Source of the DNA: Candidatus Fraserbacteria bacterium
GTDB taxonomy: Bacteria > Bipolaricaulota > Bipolaricaulia > RBG-16-55-9
Assembly: GCA_037443265.1 (NCBI GenBank)
Contig: JBBIOR010000003.1
Span: forward strand, 18,192 to 82,191
Reading direction: 5' to 3'
DNA: 64,000 nt
Shown one piece after another: positions 46,675 through 56,777 of this stretch. The position numbers were made by a program, and so were the translations under genes. Within the stretch, counting starts at the first letter, position 1. Each line of letters begins with the position of its first letter. The notes below the pieces were generated by a model. The model saw nothing but the letters and a program-made list of their open reading frames with translations. It was not told where the DNA came from and did not search any database.

Positions 46675-47931
46675 CTAAATCAGCTCTCCCCGGCTCTGAT
46701 TATAACTCAAATCGAGTTCGAGGCCGCAGGCGCGGATCAAGCTCAGGCTCTCCTCGTCTGTGATGCGCGCCCGGCTGTCCGCCTTGCGAATCGCCGGGGG
46801 AACCCCCTTGCCCCGCGCGATCTCTGAAAGGATCTTCGCGCGCAACTGCTCTGGGTCATGCCTCTCAAAGATGATTCGCGGTGCCTCTATCTTCAAGACC
46901 GCCTTCACCCGCGGATCATAAACATAAAAGAAACAGACATGATAAGCCCGAGCAGCAAGCTTTAGATCAAATGACTTTAAGCGCTTGAAGATGTCAAAGC
47001 CGACAGGGGCTTCCCCTTGCCGCTCGGGGAGCGAGTACTCCTGCTGGACGAACCAGTTGGTAAATCCCAGCGCATCTTTAGGAGTATCGCTCAAGACGGC
47101 TTTTATGAATTGCGCGTCGCTCGACCAGTTCTGAGAGGCGCGATCTAGCGTGAACTCAATGAGCCACGACGTTCCAGGGTTCTTGTTGAGGCTCACGAGC
47201 GCAAGTCCACGTTGCGCAAACTCCTCCACGACTCGGAGGGGCTGGGCTAGGATCTCGATGGCCGGTGGCCACTCCGTCCAGCGCGTCTCAGAGCTCCAAA
47301 GAGAATCGGCCTCATCGCCGGCAAAATAGTAATAAAGCCCGATGGGATAGAGATTCCCGTCCAAGATGAAGAGCCCTTGCGAGGGCTGGAGCTCTCCCAG
47401 CATGCGCAGGGCGTGATAGGACTCGGCAGCCCAGCGGGCCAGACCCGTGATGACCCGCTCGACCTCATGTTCCAGATAGCGCCGCAAGATGTGAATCCGC
47501 CAGAAATGTATGTACTCATCCCGCGATTGCTCCGATCGGGCTCCTCCCAGATCCGTCCTTTGCGAATGGGAGACCAGCGAGAGCGAGCGAAAGGCTTCCA
47601 AGGGCAGCTCTTTGAAGCGCACCTCAGGGTCGCTGGCAAGCAGGGCCTGATAGGCACAGAGCACGGTGCCGTTCTCGAGATATTTCAGCCGTGTGCTTCC
47701 GCCGTCGAGAGCGTACACCGGCTCGTAGTGGTTCAGCTTGCGTGCGGCCAGCTCTAAGAGGCTCTCGTGGCGATGTTCTAATGGAGTCAGGGCTTCGATG
47801 GCTCCGCTAAGTTGGAGCTCTTCGAAGAGCCGGCGGGCTTCCTCGCGATGATCGGGGCTCAGACGCCAGACCTGTTCGCCGAAGAACTTCAGCTGAGCGC
47901 GTAGCGTTTGCTTGGCCTCATTTGAGAGCAT
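46675..47931 (-). CDS. nurA: NurA-like 5'-3' nuclease
   Basis: 418 aa. VYALDGGST and LFILDGNLYP acidic motifs typical of NurA (RNase H-like fold). Sits between rad50 and herA. Confidence 0.68.
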   Translation of the reverse strand: MLSNEAKQTLRAQLKFFGEQVWRLSPDHREEARRLFEELQLSGAIEALTPLEHRHESLLELAARKLNHYEPVYALDGGSTRLKYLENGTVLCAYQALLASDPEVRFKELPLEAFRSLSLVSHSQRTDLGGARSEQSRDEYIHFWRIHILRRYLEHEVERVITGLARWAAESYHALRMLGELQPSQGLFILDGNLYPIGLYYYFAGDEADSLWSSETRWTEWPPAIEILAQPLRVVEEFAQRGLALVSLNKNPGTSWLIEFTLDRASQNWSSDAQFIKAVLSDTPKDALGFTNWFVQQEYSLPERQGEAPVGFDIFKRLKSFDLKLAARAYHVCFFYVYDPRVKAVLKIEAPRIIFERHDPEQLRAKILSEIARGKGVPPAIRKADSRARITDEESLSLIRACGLELDLSYNQSRGELI

Positions 47932-47932
47932 C

Positions 47933-50341
47933 TCATCTCACTCGATAGACCCGACTCGTGTTGTCGGCTGTCTTCTCCGTGCGATATTCATGATCCGCCC
48001 CTTCCACAAGTCCCACTTCATGGGAGACGACGATCACTTGGCCGATGCGCCTGCCAAGCTCTTCGAGTAGAAATTGCAGGCGATTCACCCGGTCGCGATC
48101 CAGATAGATCGTGGGCTCATCGAGGATGAGTGGCATACGACTTGCCGCCTGCGAGAGCACTTGGTGGATCGCGGAGCGGAGCGCGATGTTGATGAGCGCC
48201 CGCTCGCCGCCGGAAAGCAATTCCGGACGGATCGTACTGCCGTTTTTGAGTTCCACGAAGATCTCGTAGTCCTCCGTAATGCGCACCCCGCGATAGCTGG
48301 CTCCAGAGTCCATGAGCCCAAAGAGCTGATTGAAATATAGTTCAATGGCCCTGATGTTCCGCTTGCGCAAGTCCTTCTTGATCGTCTCGTAAAACTCGCG
48401 AAGCTGCTCTAATTCTGCTTGGAGCTGTTCGATCTTTTTGAGTTCCTCCTCCGTCTCGGCTTGCGCCTGTTGGAATCTCTTCAGTTGTTCGAGTTGCTCC
48501 TCAATCCGACCGCGCTCTGAAAGCAGGCTTTCCCGTTCCCTTTCCCGTTCTCCCTTTTGAGCCAGAAGCTGCTGTAGGATCTCTTGCACCTGCTGTGATC
48601 TCTCTTGAAGCTGCGGAGCATCGCCTAGCCTCTGCTCTAGTTCGGCGATCTTGGCCTTGAGGCGGGCGATCTCATCCCGAAGCGCTTCCATGTCCTCCAC
48701 GATCGACTTCCGTCCGCTTCTCTTCTCCAGCCCCTGCTCTTTGATTTGAAGGAGCCTTAGGGCTTGTTCTTTGAGTTCTTCGAGCTTGTGGCGTCGGGCT
48801 TCGAGGGCCTTAAATTCATCATCCAGCTTCTGGATGGATCTCTCTCCCTCCTGCTTGAGCGTATGGATTTGAGCCTCCAAGGCCTCCAGCCTCGCGCGCC
48901 CAGTTTTGATCTCTAAGGCCAGCTTCTGGATGGCCATCTCTTTTTCTTTGAGAGTCGGCCGGAAGGTCTCTGCACGCACGGGCTGTTGGCAGAGGGGGCA
49001 TCTGCCCTGCTGGGCGAGAGAGCACATCTCCTCCAGCTCGCGTCGGAGATTCTGCTCTTGCGCCTCTGCCTGCACGATGTTCTTGAGAAGCGATTCTCGC
49101 TCTGTGGCCAGCTTTTCGAGTTGTTGAGTGATTTGAGTCTGTCGCTCTTGGATCTGAATATATAGAGCCTCTTGCCGGCTCTTCGTCTGAGAGAGCTCTT
49201 GCGGGAGAACTTCGATCTCCTCCCAGCGGCCCGCGTCGTTGAATGAGCGAGTGATTTGCTCTTTGGGCAGGTTCAGTTGGGTCAATCCCTTGCCCAGTTG
49301 AGTTTCGAGCTGCTTGTAGCGCTGCTTGAGAGCTTCTAGTTCAGCACCCAGTTGCTGCTCCCTGGTCTCGTGTTGCTTGAGCTGTTTCTCCTTTTGAGAG
49401 AGCTCTCTTTGGCGTTCTTCGACCTCGCGGGTGAGTTCTTCCAGGCGCTGGAGCCTCTCGCGCAAGCCGTGCTGTAATCTCTCAGCCTCGGAGATCTTCT
49501 TTTCGAGATTCTTTAATTCTGACTGTTTTTCTTGGATCTTTTCTTCAATCTCCAGGCGTCGTTTGTCGAGATTCTCAGCTTGGAGAACCTCAATCGCTCG
49601 CTTGAGATCCTGATAGCGGTGGCTGAGCCCATCGAATCGGCGATTGAGGGCCCGTCGGGCCCCTTCGCGTGCGCGTTGGGCATAGCGATCGAGCTTCTCT
49701 AATCTCAATAAGCGATCGATCATCCGCCGGCGCTCTTCTTCTCCAGCACGAATCAAACGATCGATTTCGCCCTGGCGCACGTAGAGGCAATTCGTAAAGT
49801 CATCGCGGTTCATGCCGAAGAGCTCTTCGACGGCAGAAGCGGCGTTCTCGACCCCGACCCATTCAGTCCCATCATCCCGCAGCAAGCGACAGTCTTCCCT
49901 TTCGCTCACGACAGAATCACCGCGGCAACGCAGGGCCATCTGAGCTGTGTACTGATTTGAGCCGTAGCGGAACTTCAGCTGGACGGAGCCCGCCTCGGCC
50001 CCGAGGCGCAAGATGTCGGCCAGCGAGCGATCCATGGCTGGGCCAGCCTTGCTGCCGTACAGAGCGAAAAAGATGCTCTCCAGGAGCGAAGATTTCCCGC
50101 TGCCGTTGGGGCCGGCAATCACCGTGATGCCGTCATCGAACGCGATCTCAGCCTGCTCGTAGCACCAAAGATTCTTGATCTCGAGAGAGTCCAGCCGCAT
50201 GGCTGGAGCTTGAGAGGCGGGCGGAGCAAGTCTCTTCTTTAGAGGCCGGCTTAGGCGTGGAAGGTCTCGCTCCTCTCCCTCCACGTCTCTCTCGGCTTGG
50301 GTGAATAAATCGAGCAGGCTCGGTTCCTTCTTCTTGGGCAT
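47933..50341 (-). CDS. rad50: Rad50/SbcC-family SMC-like ATPase with a zinc hook
   Basis: Walker A GPNGSGKSS, very long coiled coil, CPLC hook (48989-49000), signature LSGGE, Walker B LILDEP. The start is uncertain (TTG at 50383, ATG at 50341 or 50200). Confidence 0.8.
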   Translation of the reverse strand: MPKKKEPSLLDLFTQAERDVEGEERDLPRLSRPLKKRLAPPASQAPAMRLDSLEIKNLWCYEQAEIAFDDGITVIAGPNGSGKSSLLESIFFALYGSKAGPAMDRSLADILRLGAEAGSVQLKFRYGSNQYTAQMALRCRGDSVVSEREDCRLLRDDGTEWVGVENAASAVEELFGMNRDDFTNCLYVRQGEIDRLIRAGEEERRRMIDRLLRLEKLDRYAQRAREGARRALNRRFDGLSHRYQDLKRAIEVLQAENLDKRRLEIEEKIQEKQSELKNLEKKISEAERLQHGLRERLQRLEELTREVEERQRELSQKEKQLKQHETREQQLGAELEALKQRYKQLETQLGKGLTQLNLPKEQITRSFNDAGRWEEIEVLPQELSQTKSRQEALYIQIQERQTQITQQLEKLATERESLLKNIVQAEAQEQNLRRELEEMCSLAQQGRCPLCQQPVRAETFRPTLKEKEMAIQKLALEIKTGRARLEALEAQIHTLKQEGERSIQKLDDEFKALEARRHKLEELKEQALRLLQIKEQGLEKRSGRKSIVEDMEALRDEIARLKAKIAELEQRLGDAPQLQERSQQVQEILQQLLAQKGERERERESLLSERGRIEEQLEQLKRFQQAQAETEEELKKIEQLQAELEQLREFYETIKKDLRKRNIRAIELYFNQLFGLMDSGASYRGVRITEDYEIFVELKNGSTIRPELLSGGERALINIALRSAIHQVLSQAASRMPLILDEPTIYLDRDRVNRLQFLLEELGRRIGQVIVVSHEVGLVEGADHEYRTEKTADNTSRVYRVR

Positions 50342-50395
50342 GATCTCTAAGAGGAGTATAGTGGAACGAGCCGGGGAGGGCAATTGAATTTTGAA

Positions 50396-51427
50396 TTAAG
50401 GCTTAGCTTCCAGCAAGCGCGTCACGAAAGCATCCACGTTGGAGTCGGCGATCTTCGGATCACGAATGATCGCATCGATCTCCAGAAGCGTCTTTGAGCA
50501 GTTCCTCTGGGCCAGCCGCTCGGAGATGAGCGCATCCAGGTTTCCAAATTCGAGCTGTACGTCAATTCGCTGCTCCTCTTGTGCCTCTCGGCGGTCGATG
50601 AGGCGCACGGCCAGCGCTCCTCGCGAGCGCGCGTGCTCCTCAATCTCTGGGATGCTCAGCCCATCGCGCCCCAGATACACGCAGACGACAGCCCCCTTTA
50701 GCTGCTCGCGATGCGCGTCAATACTCCTGATCGGATCTTCATCTGCGCTGATGTAGAGAAACTTTCTGGTGGGAAGCTCACGGCGATCTAGGCGACCCGT
50801 CTCAAGATCGATCAGGCTCACGCCCCGCGGCTCGCGCTCATCGAGATTCCAGCGCTCCGTGCTCCCCGGATACGTGACGAGCAGCTCTCCCTCGCGCCAG
50901 AGCTGATGCTCGTGATAATCCCCCAAGAGCACATACTGTGCCCCACTCTTCCGTAGATCTTCAAAGCGGAGTTCGCCGTTCCCCACACGATCGAGCAGCT
51001 GGTGGCAGACGAGCACTCCCCCCTTAAGGCGAGGAGGCTTCACTACGCGGCGGCCTGCATAGTCCATCCCATAGAAGCGAATGCCTCCCAGCTCATAGGG
51101 CTCTTGATGGAGGTGCACGGCCAGTCCCAGCTGCGCAAAGAGATCGAGCCATTGGACACCGCGGCGCTGCTCGTGATTGCCTACAACGCCTAGAAACGGA
51201 ATCCTGGCCTCTTTCAGCTGGAAGAGCACCTGAAGGGTATCGTGCAGATCTTCGGCCGTGGGGAAGCGATCATCGAAGAGATCTCCGGAGTGCACCACGG
51301 CATCGACTCTTTCGGCCAGCGCGATCTCCATGGCCCCTCGAAAGGCCCGCGCAAAATCTGTGCGGCGCTCTTCGAGCCCGTACTGGCAGGCCCCAAGGTG
51401 CGTGTCCGCCGTATGGAGAACCCTCAT
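50396..51427 (-). CDS. mre11: Mre11/SbcD-family nuclease (calcineurin-like phosphoesterase)
   Basis: MRVLHTADTHLG, HSGDLFD, VVGNHE, and GDYHE motifs. 343 aa. The ATG overlaps the upstream stop (ATGA). Confidence 0.82.
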   Translation of the reverse strand: MRVLHTADTHLGACQYGLEERRTDFARAFRGAMEIALAERVDAVVHSGDLFDDRFPTAEDLHDTLQVLFQLKEARIPFLGVVGNHEQRRGVQWLDLFAQLGLAVHLHQEPYELGGIRFYGMDYAGRRVVKPPRLKGGVLVCHQLLDRVGNGELRFEDLRKSGAQYVLLGDYHEHQLWREGELLVTYPGSTERWNLDEREPRGVSLIDLETGRLDRRELPTRKFLYISADEDPIRSIDAHREQLKGAVVCVYLGRDGLSIPEIEEHARSRGALAVRLIDRREAQEEQRIDVQLEFGNLDALISERLAQRNCSKTLLEIDAIIRDPKIADSNVDAFVTRLLEAKP

Positions 51428-52695
51428 GACAGGGCTTTATCCAGCGACTTCAGCTGCCTCTCCGGCCCAATGACGGTGAGCGTAAACGAATTCTTCCCAA
51501 AGAGCTCCTGAGCTACTGTGCGCACGTCCTCCGGAGTCACCATCTCCAGGTGGGCGATCACATCCTCCAGGGGCATGTGTATGTTGTAGATTTCAGAGAT
51601 CCCCAGGCGATTCATGCGCGCATGGCTGCTCTCCAGCCCCAAGAGCAGGTTGCCCTTGAGTTTCTCCTTGGCCAGCTGGATCGTCTCCTCGGGCACGAGT
51701 TCTTCTTGGAGTCGCTCGAGCTCTTCCCGACAGATCTCAAGCGCCTGCGCGGCGTTCTTCGGCTCTGTGCCCAGGTAGATCGTAAAGAGTCCGCTATCGC
51801 TGAAGTAGCTGGGGCTGCTGAAGACGACATAGGCGAGACCCAGCTCTTCGCGGATTCTCTTGAAGAGCCTTGAACTCATCCCGCCGCCCAGCACCGTGTT
51901 TAAAATCTCTAAGGCGTAGCGACGAGGGTCCGTCTTGGCTATCCCAACGGTTCCCAGGCAGATGTGGGCCTGTTGCAGATCTCGACGTTCTTCTAGATGG
52001 AAGCCGCCCTTCTTCTTCGGAGAGGAGCGCGGCGGCTCTGAGCACTCCGCACTTTCAATCTCTCCCAGCTTGGCCTCCGCTACGCGCAAGAGGTCCTCGG
52101 CGGAGACCTCTCCCACCGCGGCTAAGAAGAGGTGGCGCGCATCATAGAGGGCAAAGTGCTCCAGCAGATCTTCCCGAGAGAGTCGGCTGACTGTCTCTTC
52201 CGTGCCGGCAATCGGACGGGCCAAGGGATGCTGAGAGTCCCAGAGATGTTGCGTGAATAATTCAAAAATCTTCTCTTGGGGCGTGTCCTCCTGCATGCGG
52301 ATCTCTTCGAGGATGACCCCTTTCTCCTTGGTGAGATCCTCCGACTTAAAGAGCGGATTTTTTATCAAATCCGCCAGCACATCGAGCGCGCTCTCCAGAT
52401 GCTGCGGCAGCACATCGACATAATAGGCCGTGTACTCTTTGGAAGTCATCGCGTTGATAAAGCCGCCGATGGCATCGATCTCTTCCGAGATTTGGAATGC
52501 CGTGCGATGAGTCGTGCCTTTGAAGACCATGTGTTCGAGGAGATGGCAGATGCCCGCCTGGGAAGCGGGCTCGTCTCGGCTGCCCAGCCTCACCCAGATG
52601 CCCAAAGAGAGCGGACGGCCCGGGCGGGGCTCAAAGAGCACCTTCACCTCATTCGAGAGCCTGAACTCGTAGCAGCTGGGGTACAGCTCGATCAT
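51424..52695 (-). CDS. M16-family zinc peptidase (insulinase/pitrilysin-like)
   Basis: HLLEHMVFKGT (inverted HxxEH motif). Start set at MIELYPS, 1 nt after the pnp stop. Confidence 0.82.
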   Translation of the reverse strand: MIELYPSCYEFRLSNEVKVLFEPRPGRPLSLGIWVRLGSRDEPASQAGICHLLEHMVFKGTTHRTAFQISEEIDAIGGFINAMTSKEYTAYYVDVLPQHLESALDVLADLIKNPLFKSEDLTKEKGVILEEIRMQEDTPQEKIFELFTQHLWDSQHPLARPIAGTEETVSRLSREDLLEHFALYDARHLFLAAVGEVSAEDLLRVAEAKLGEIESAECSEPPRSSPKKKGGFHLEERRDLQQAHICLGTVGIAKTDPRRYALEILNTVLGGGMSSRLFKRIREELGLAYVVFSSPSYFSDSGLFTIYLGTEPKNAAQALEICREELERLQEELVPEETIQLAKEKLKGNLLLGLESSHARMNRLGISEIYNIHMPLEDVIAHLEMVTPEDVRTVAQELFGKNSFTLTVIGPERQLKSLDKALS

Positions 52696-52696
52696 C

Positions 52697-55084
52697 TCAT
52701 TTCTTTCGGCCGTTCGATGGCTCTTCGCCCGGGCCGACTTTGATGAGCTTGAGCGCATAGCGACCCTTTTCATCAATGCGGATCAACTCCACCGTCACAG
52801 GATCTCCGACTTTGACCACGTCCTCGACGCGCTGGACGCGCCCTCGGTCCGAGAGGGCCGAGATGTGGATCAGCCCCGACTCTCCTTCGTTGAACTCCAC
52901 GAAGGCCCCATAGTCGGCGATGCCCTTCACTCTCCCAAAGTAGCGCTGGCCCACTTGGATGGGCTTCTTCTCGATGTGGCGCTTGAGGTTCACCCGGCCC
53001 ATCGGGTCGAGTTCTGTGACTTCGACTTCGATCTCGTCTCCGAGCTTGACGACATCTTCCACGCGCTTGACGTATTTATCCGACAGATCGGAGACGTGGA
53101 TGAGGCCCAAGACTCCGGGCTTGATCTCCACAAAGGCCCCGAAGCGCTCAATTCGGACGACTTTGCCGCGGTAGTGATCGCCGACTTGGATCTCTTTAGC
53201 GAGTTCTTCAATTTGAGTGCGCGCGGCTTTGACGGCCTCGGCGTTCTCGCCGGAGATCTTCACCGTGCCGTCGTCTTCGATGTCGATCTCGGTGCCCGTC
53301 TCATTGAGGATCTTACGGATGGTCTTACCTCCGGGGCCGATGACCGCGCCGATCTTCTCCGGGCTGATCTTGATAATTTCAAGCAATGGCGCGTACTTAG
53401 ACAGCTGCGGCCGAGGCGCCGGCAGCGTCTGTTCCATGATCTTTAGAATCTCCAGGCGGGCCCGGCGGGCCTGGGCCATGGCTTGAGCCATAAGCTCTTC
53501 CGAGAGGCCGCTCGTCTTCACATCCAGCTGGAAGGCTGTTAATCCATCGCGCGTGCCAGCCACCTTGAAGTCCATATCGCCAAAGCCGTCCTCGAAGCCG
53601 GCGATGTCCGTGAGAATTACAGCCTCGCCGGCCTCTTCAATGAGGCCCATGGCGATGCCCGCCACCGGCTTTTTGATGGGCACGCCCGCGTCCATCAGGG
53701 CCAGCGTCCCGCTGCACACCGAGGCCATCGAGCTTGATCCGTTCGACTCGACGATCTCAGATACCACTCGGATGATATATGGGAACTCCTCTTCGCTGGG
53801 CAGCACAGGCTGGAGGGCCGTCTCCGCCAGGTGCCCGTGGCCGATCTCGCGGCGCTTCGGCGGGCCCATCCGACCGGGCTCGCCCACGCTGTAGGGCGGG
53901 AAGTTGTAGTGCAGCATGAAGCGCTTTCGGCCCTCTTCCAGCATAAGATCAATGATCTGTTCATCTTGGCGGGTGGTGCCTAAGGTGCACGTCCCCAAGC
54001 TCTGAGTCTCACCGCGGGTAAAGAGCGCCGAGCCATGTACTCTGGGAAGCACGCCCACTTCGCAGGCGACCGGGCGCAGCTCATCGGCCTTGCGGCCATC
54101 CATGCGAATCTTGCGCCTAAGAGTCTCCTTGCGGACATGCTCTTTGAGCAGCTCTTTGAAGAGCGCTAAGAGCGTCTTTCGGAGAGAGGCCAGCTCGGAC
54201 TCCTTCATCTCTGGGTTCTGCTCCAGTCTTCTGGCGAGAAGCTTCTCGATGGCCTCTTCACAGATGGCCTCTGCCCGCGCCTCGCGCTCCAGCTTCCTCA
54301 GCGGGCCCCAGAGTTCTTCAAAGCGATCCCCGATCAGGGCCGCGAGCTCGGCTTTGAGCTCATCGAGTCCTTCGGCCGGGGAGACCTGAATCTTGGGCTT
54401 GGGACTGGGGATCTTCGCCATGAATTCCCTCTGCAGGCGCACCAGGTGCCGGATCTCCTCATGGGCGATCTTGATGGCCTCAAGCACCCGCTCCTCCGGA
54501 ATCTCCTTCATCTCGCCCTCGACCATGGTGACCGCCTGTTCAGTTCCGGCCACTACAATGTCCATGGAGCTCTTCTCGAGCTGCTCGAACGTCGGATTGA
54601 GGACGAACCCATCGTCGAGGAGTCCGACCCGCACGCCCGCCACCGGACCCAAGAAGGGCACCGAGCTGATCAGGAGGGCCGCGGAGGCCCCCAAAAGCCC
54701 TGCAATCTCGGGCGGATGATCTTTGTCGGCGGAGAGCACGGTCACGACCACATGGACCGTCTCTCTATAGCCGTCGGGGAAGAGCGGGCGGATCGGCCGA
54801 TCGATCATGCGCGCATGGAGCACGGCCGCATCCGAGGGCTTGCCCTCCCGCTTGAAAAACCCTCCGGGGATCTTGCCTCCCGCGTAGAATCGCTCTTCGT
54901 AATCGACCGTGAGCGGGAAGTAATCCAGTTCTTCTTCGGCTTCAGAGCGATTGACGGTGGCGAGGATCATCGTCTCGCCGAAGGTCACTACCACAGCCCC
55001 ATCAGACTGGCGGGCGATCCGGCCCGTCTCCAGCGTAAAGGGGCCATCGCTGTGTCGAACGATCGAAAGATCTCCCATCTTCAC
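52697..55084 (-). CDS. pnp: Polynucleotide phosphorylase with two tandem C-terminal S1 domains
   Basis: 795 aa. Two RNase PH domains, a KH domain ([15 protein letters not shown]), then two S1 repeats (residues ~633-709 and 710-785). Confidence 0.92.
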   Translation of the reverse strand: MKMGDLSIVRHSDGPFTLETGRIARQSDGAVVVTFGETMILATVNRSEAEEELDYFPLTVDYEERFYAGGKIPGGFFKREGKPSDAAVLHARMIDRPIRPLFPDGYRETVHVVVTVLSADKDHPPEIAGLLGASAALLISSVPFLGPVAGVRVGLLDDGFVLNPTFEQLEKSSMDIVVAGTEQAVTMVEGEMKEIPEERVLEAIKIAHEEIRHLVRLQREFMAKIPSPKPKIQVSPAEGLDELKAELAALIGDRFEELWGPLRKLEREARAEAICEEAIEKLLARRLEQNPEMKESELASLRKTLLALFKELLKEHVRKETLRRKIRMDGRKADELRPVACEVGVLPRVHGSALFTRGETQSLGTCTLGTTRQDEQIIDLMLEEGRKRFMLHYNFPPYSVGEPGRMGPPKRREIGHGHLAETALQPVLPSEEEFPYIIRVVSEIVESNGSSSMASVCSGTLALMDAGVPIKKPVAGIAMGLIEEAGEAVILTDIAGFEDGFGDMDFKVAGTRDGLTAFQLDVKTSGLSEELMAQAMAQARRARLEILKIMEQTLPAPRPQLSKYAPLLEIIKISPEKIGAVIGPGGKTIRKILNETGTEIDIEDDGTVKISGENAEAVKAARTQIEELAKEIQVGDHYRGKVVRIERFGAFVEIKPGVLGLIHVSDLSDKYVKRVEDVVKLGDEIEVEVTELDPMGRVNLKRHIEKKPIQVGQRYFGRVKGIADYGAFVEFNEGESGLIHISALSDRGRVQRVEDVVKVGDPVTVELIRIDEKGRYALKLIKVGPGEEPSNGRKK

Positions 55085-55110
55085 TACCTCACTCCGTTTC
55101 TGAGGGTGAC

Positions 55111-55380
55111 CTAGCCGCGAATCCCGAGCTGTTCAATCAATTGTTGGTAGCGCGTGGGGTCCTTGCGCCTAAGATACGCCATCAAGCGCTTGCGCCGGCC
55201 GACCTTCTGCATGAGCCCCCGCTGCGAATGGAAATCATGCTGGTGGGTCTTTAGGTGCTCCGTGAGCCTTTCGATCTCTTTCGTCAGCACGGCGATCTGG
55301 ACCTCAGGGGACCCCGTGTCCTGCTCTGTTCGGCGATACGCTCGCATGATCTCGGCCTTCTCTTGCTTCAAAAGAGCCAT
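55111..55380 (-). CDS. rpsO: 30S ribosomal protein S15
   Basis: 89 aa. DTGSPEVQIAVLTKEIERLTEHLKTHQHDFHSQRGL. Confidence 0.93.
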   Translation of the reverse strand: MALLKQEKAEIMRAYRRTEQDTGSPEVQIAVLTKEIERLTEHLKTHQHDFHSQRGLMQKVGRRKRLMAYLRRKDPTRYQQLIEQLGIRG

Positions 55381-56681
55381 TATCTTCTCCTCCCATGTCG
55401 CTTCTGAAAGGCATAGACGTGGGCTTTGGCGGCTTCCTCATCGAACGTCTGGATCTCATGATCCTCCATGACGATCCTCCCATCGATGATGACGGTTCTC
55501 ACGTCCGCCGCTTGGGCCGAATAGACGAGGTTCGAGATGACCTCATACTGGGGCACCCAGTGAGGCCGTCCCATATCGAGAATCGCAAGATCCGCTCGCT
55601 TGCCCACTTCAATGCGCCCAATCTCGTTCCAGCCTAAAGCCCAAGCCCCGCGCTCGGTCCCGAGTTTGAGGGCCTCAGGGGCCGCAAGCGCGCTGGCCTC
55701 CTCTAGTATACCCTTCTGGAGGAGGGCTGCCAAGCGAATCTCTTCCAATAGATCCAGATTGTTGTTGGAAGACGCTCCGTCCGTCCCAAGCGCCACGTTC
55801 ACCCCTGAATCTAAGAGTCTTTTGACCGGGGCCACGCCCGAGGCCAGTTTGAGGTTGCTCGTCGGATTGTGAACGACGTTCACGTCATGCTCGGCCAGAA
55901 GGCGAATGTCGCCATCGGCCAGATGCACACAATGGGCCGCCAGCACCGGAGCCTCAAACACACCCAGACTCTCTAGATACGCCACGGGCGTCTTGCCCCA
56001 TCTCTGAAGGGCCTCCTGCACTTCGCCCCTCGTCTCCGAAAGGTGCGTGTGAATGATGAGTTGGTGTTGCTGAGCCAGCTCGATCGCGCGCTGCCACACC
56101 GCGGGATGGCAGGTGTAGGGCGCATGAGGGGCCACAGCCGTTCGGATGCGCCCCTCGGCCGTACCGTGATGGCGCTCGACGAACTCTTCCGTGACGCGCA
56201 GTTCTTGCGCTAATTTATCACCCAGCTCCGGAGCGATGATCCCATAGGCCAGAAGCGCCCGTATTCCGCTCTCTTTCACGGCCTGCGCCACGACGTCCAT
56301 GTGGAAATACATATCGGCAAAACACGTCGTGCCCGAGCGGATCATCTCCGCAATGCCCAGAAGGGAGGCCCAATAGACGTCCTCGTCTGTGAGTTGGGCC
56401 TCCAGTGGCCAGATCTCTTCCGCAAGCCAGCGCCTGAGCGGAAGGTCATCCGCGTAGCCGCGCATCAGCACCATGGCCAGATGCGTGTGGGCATTGATGA
56501 AGCCAGGGATGACCAGCTGATCCTTTCCGGAGATCACCCGATCGAAGTCCTTCTCGCAAAGCGATGGGGGATCGTCCATGAGCTTGGAGATCACGCCGTC
56601 CTCGATCGCGATGGAGAGGTGCTCACGCACCGGAGGCTCTCCCAAGGTGATGGCCGTGAAATCTTTCAGCAGGATCTTCAT
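55380..56681 (-). CDS. mtaD: Amidohydrolase, MTA/SAH deaminase (MtaD)-like
   Basis: Start set at MKILLKDF. PGFINAHTHLAM metal motif, HLSET, and GTDGASSNN. Confidence 0.78.
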   Translation of the reverse strand: MKILLKDFTAITLGEPPVREHLSIAIEDGVISKLMDDPPSLCEKDFDRVISGKDQLVIPGFINAHTHLAMVLMRGYADDLPLRRWLAEEIWPLEAQLTDEDVYWASLLGIAEMIRSGTTCFADMYFHMDVVAQAVKESGIRALLAYGIIAPELGDKLAQELRVTEEFVERHHGTAEGRIRTAVAPHAPYTCHPAVWQRAIELAQQHQLIIHTHLSETRGEVQEALQRWGKTPVAYLESLGVFEAPVLAAHCVHLADGDIRLLAEHDVNVVHNPTSNLKLASGVAPVKRLLDSGVNVALGTDGASSNNNLDLLEEIRLAALLQKGILEEASALAAPEALKLGTERGAWALGWNEIGRIEVGKRADLAILDMGRPHWVPQYEVISNLVYSAQAADVRTVIIDGRIVMEDHEIQTFDEEAAKAHVYAFQKRHGRRR

Positions 56682-56777
56682 AGACCCGGCTCCGAGGGGT
56701 TCATGTGATGTGAGGCGATTATAGCGACTTGATGGGCGATGTTGCAATGCAAAAGCCTTGCGGATACTCTAATCATT

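Noticed and set aside
50342-50383. TTG start at 50383 for rad50, and the alternative ATG at 50200
   Set aside because: None of the three candidate starts has a convincing SD. ATG 50341 was chosen as a compromise, and the uncertainty is stated in the feature. Typical Rad50 N-termini would favour MRLDSLEIKNLW (50200).
44930-51427. Mre11-Rad50-NurA-HerA read as a mobile anti-phage defence island
   Set aside because: There are no flanking integrase, transposase or tRNA boundaries. Stop/start overlaps tie it to pepM16-pnp upstream and glk downstream. It is kept as a finding, but as a chromosomal repair-type operon, with a defence role left only as an open question.
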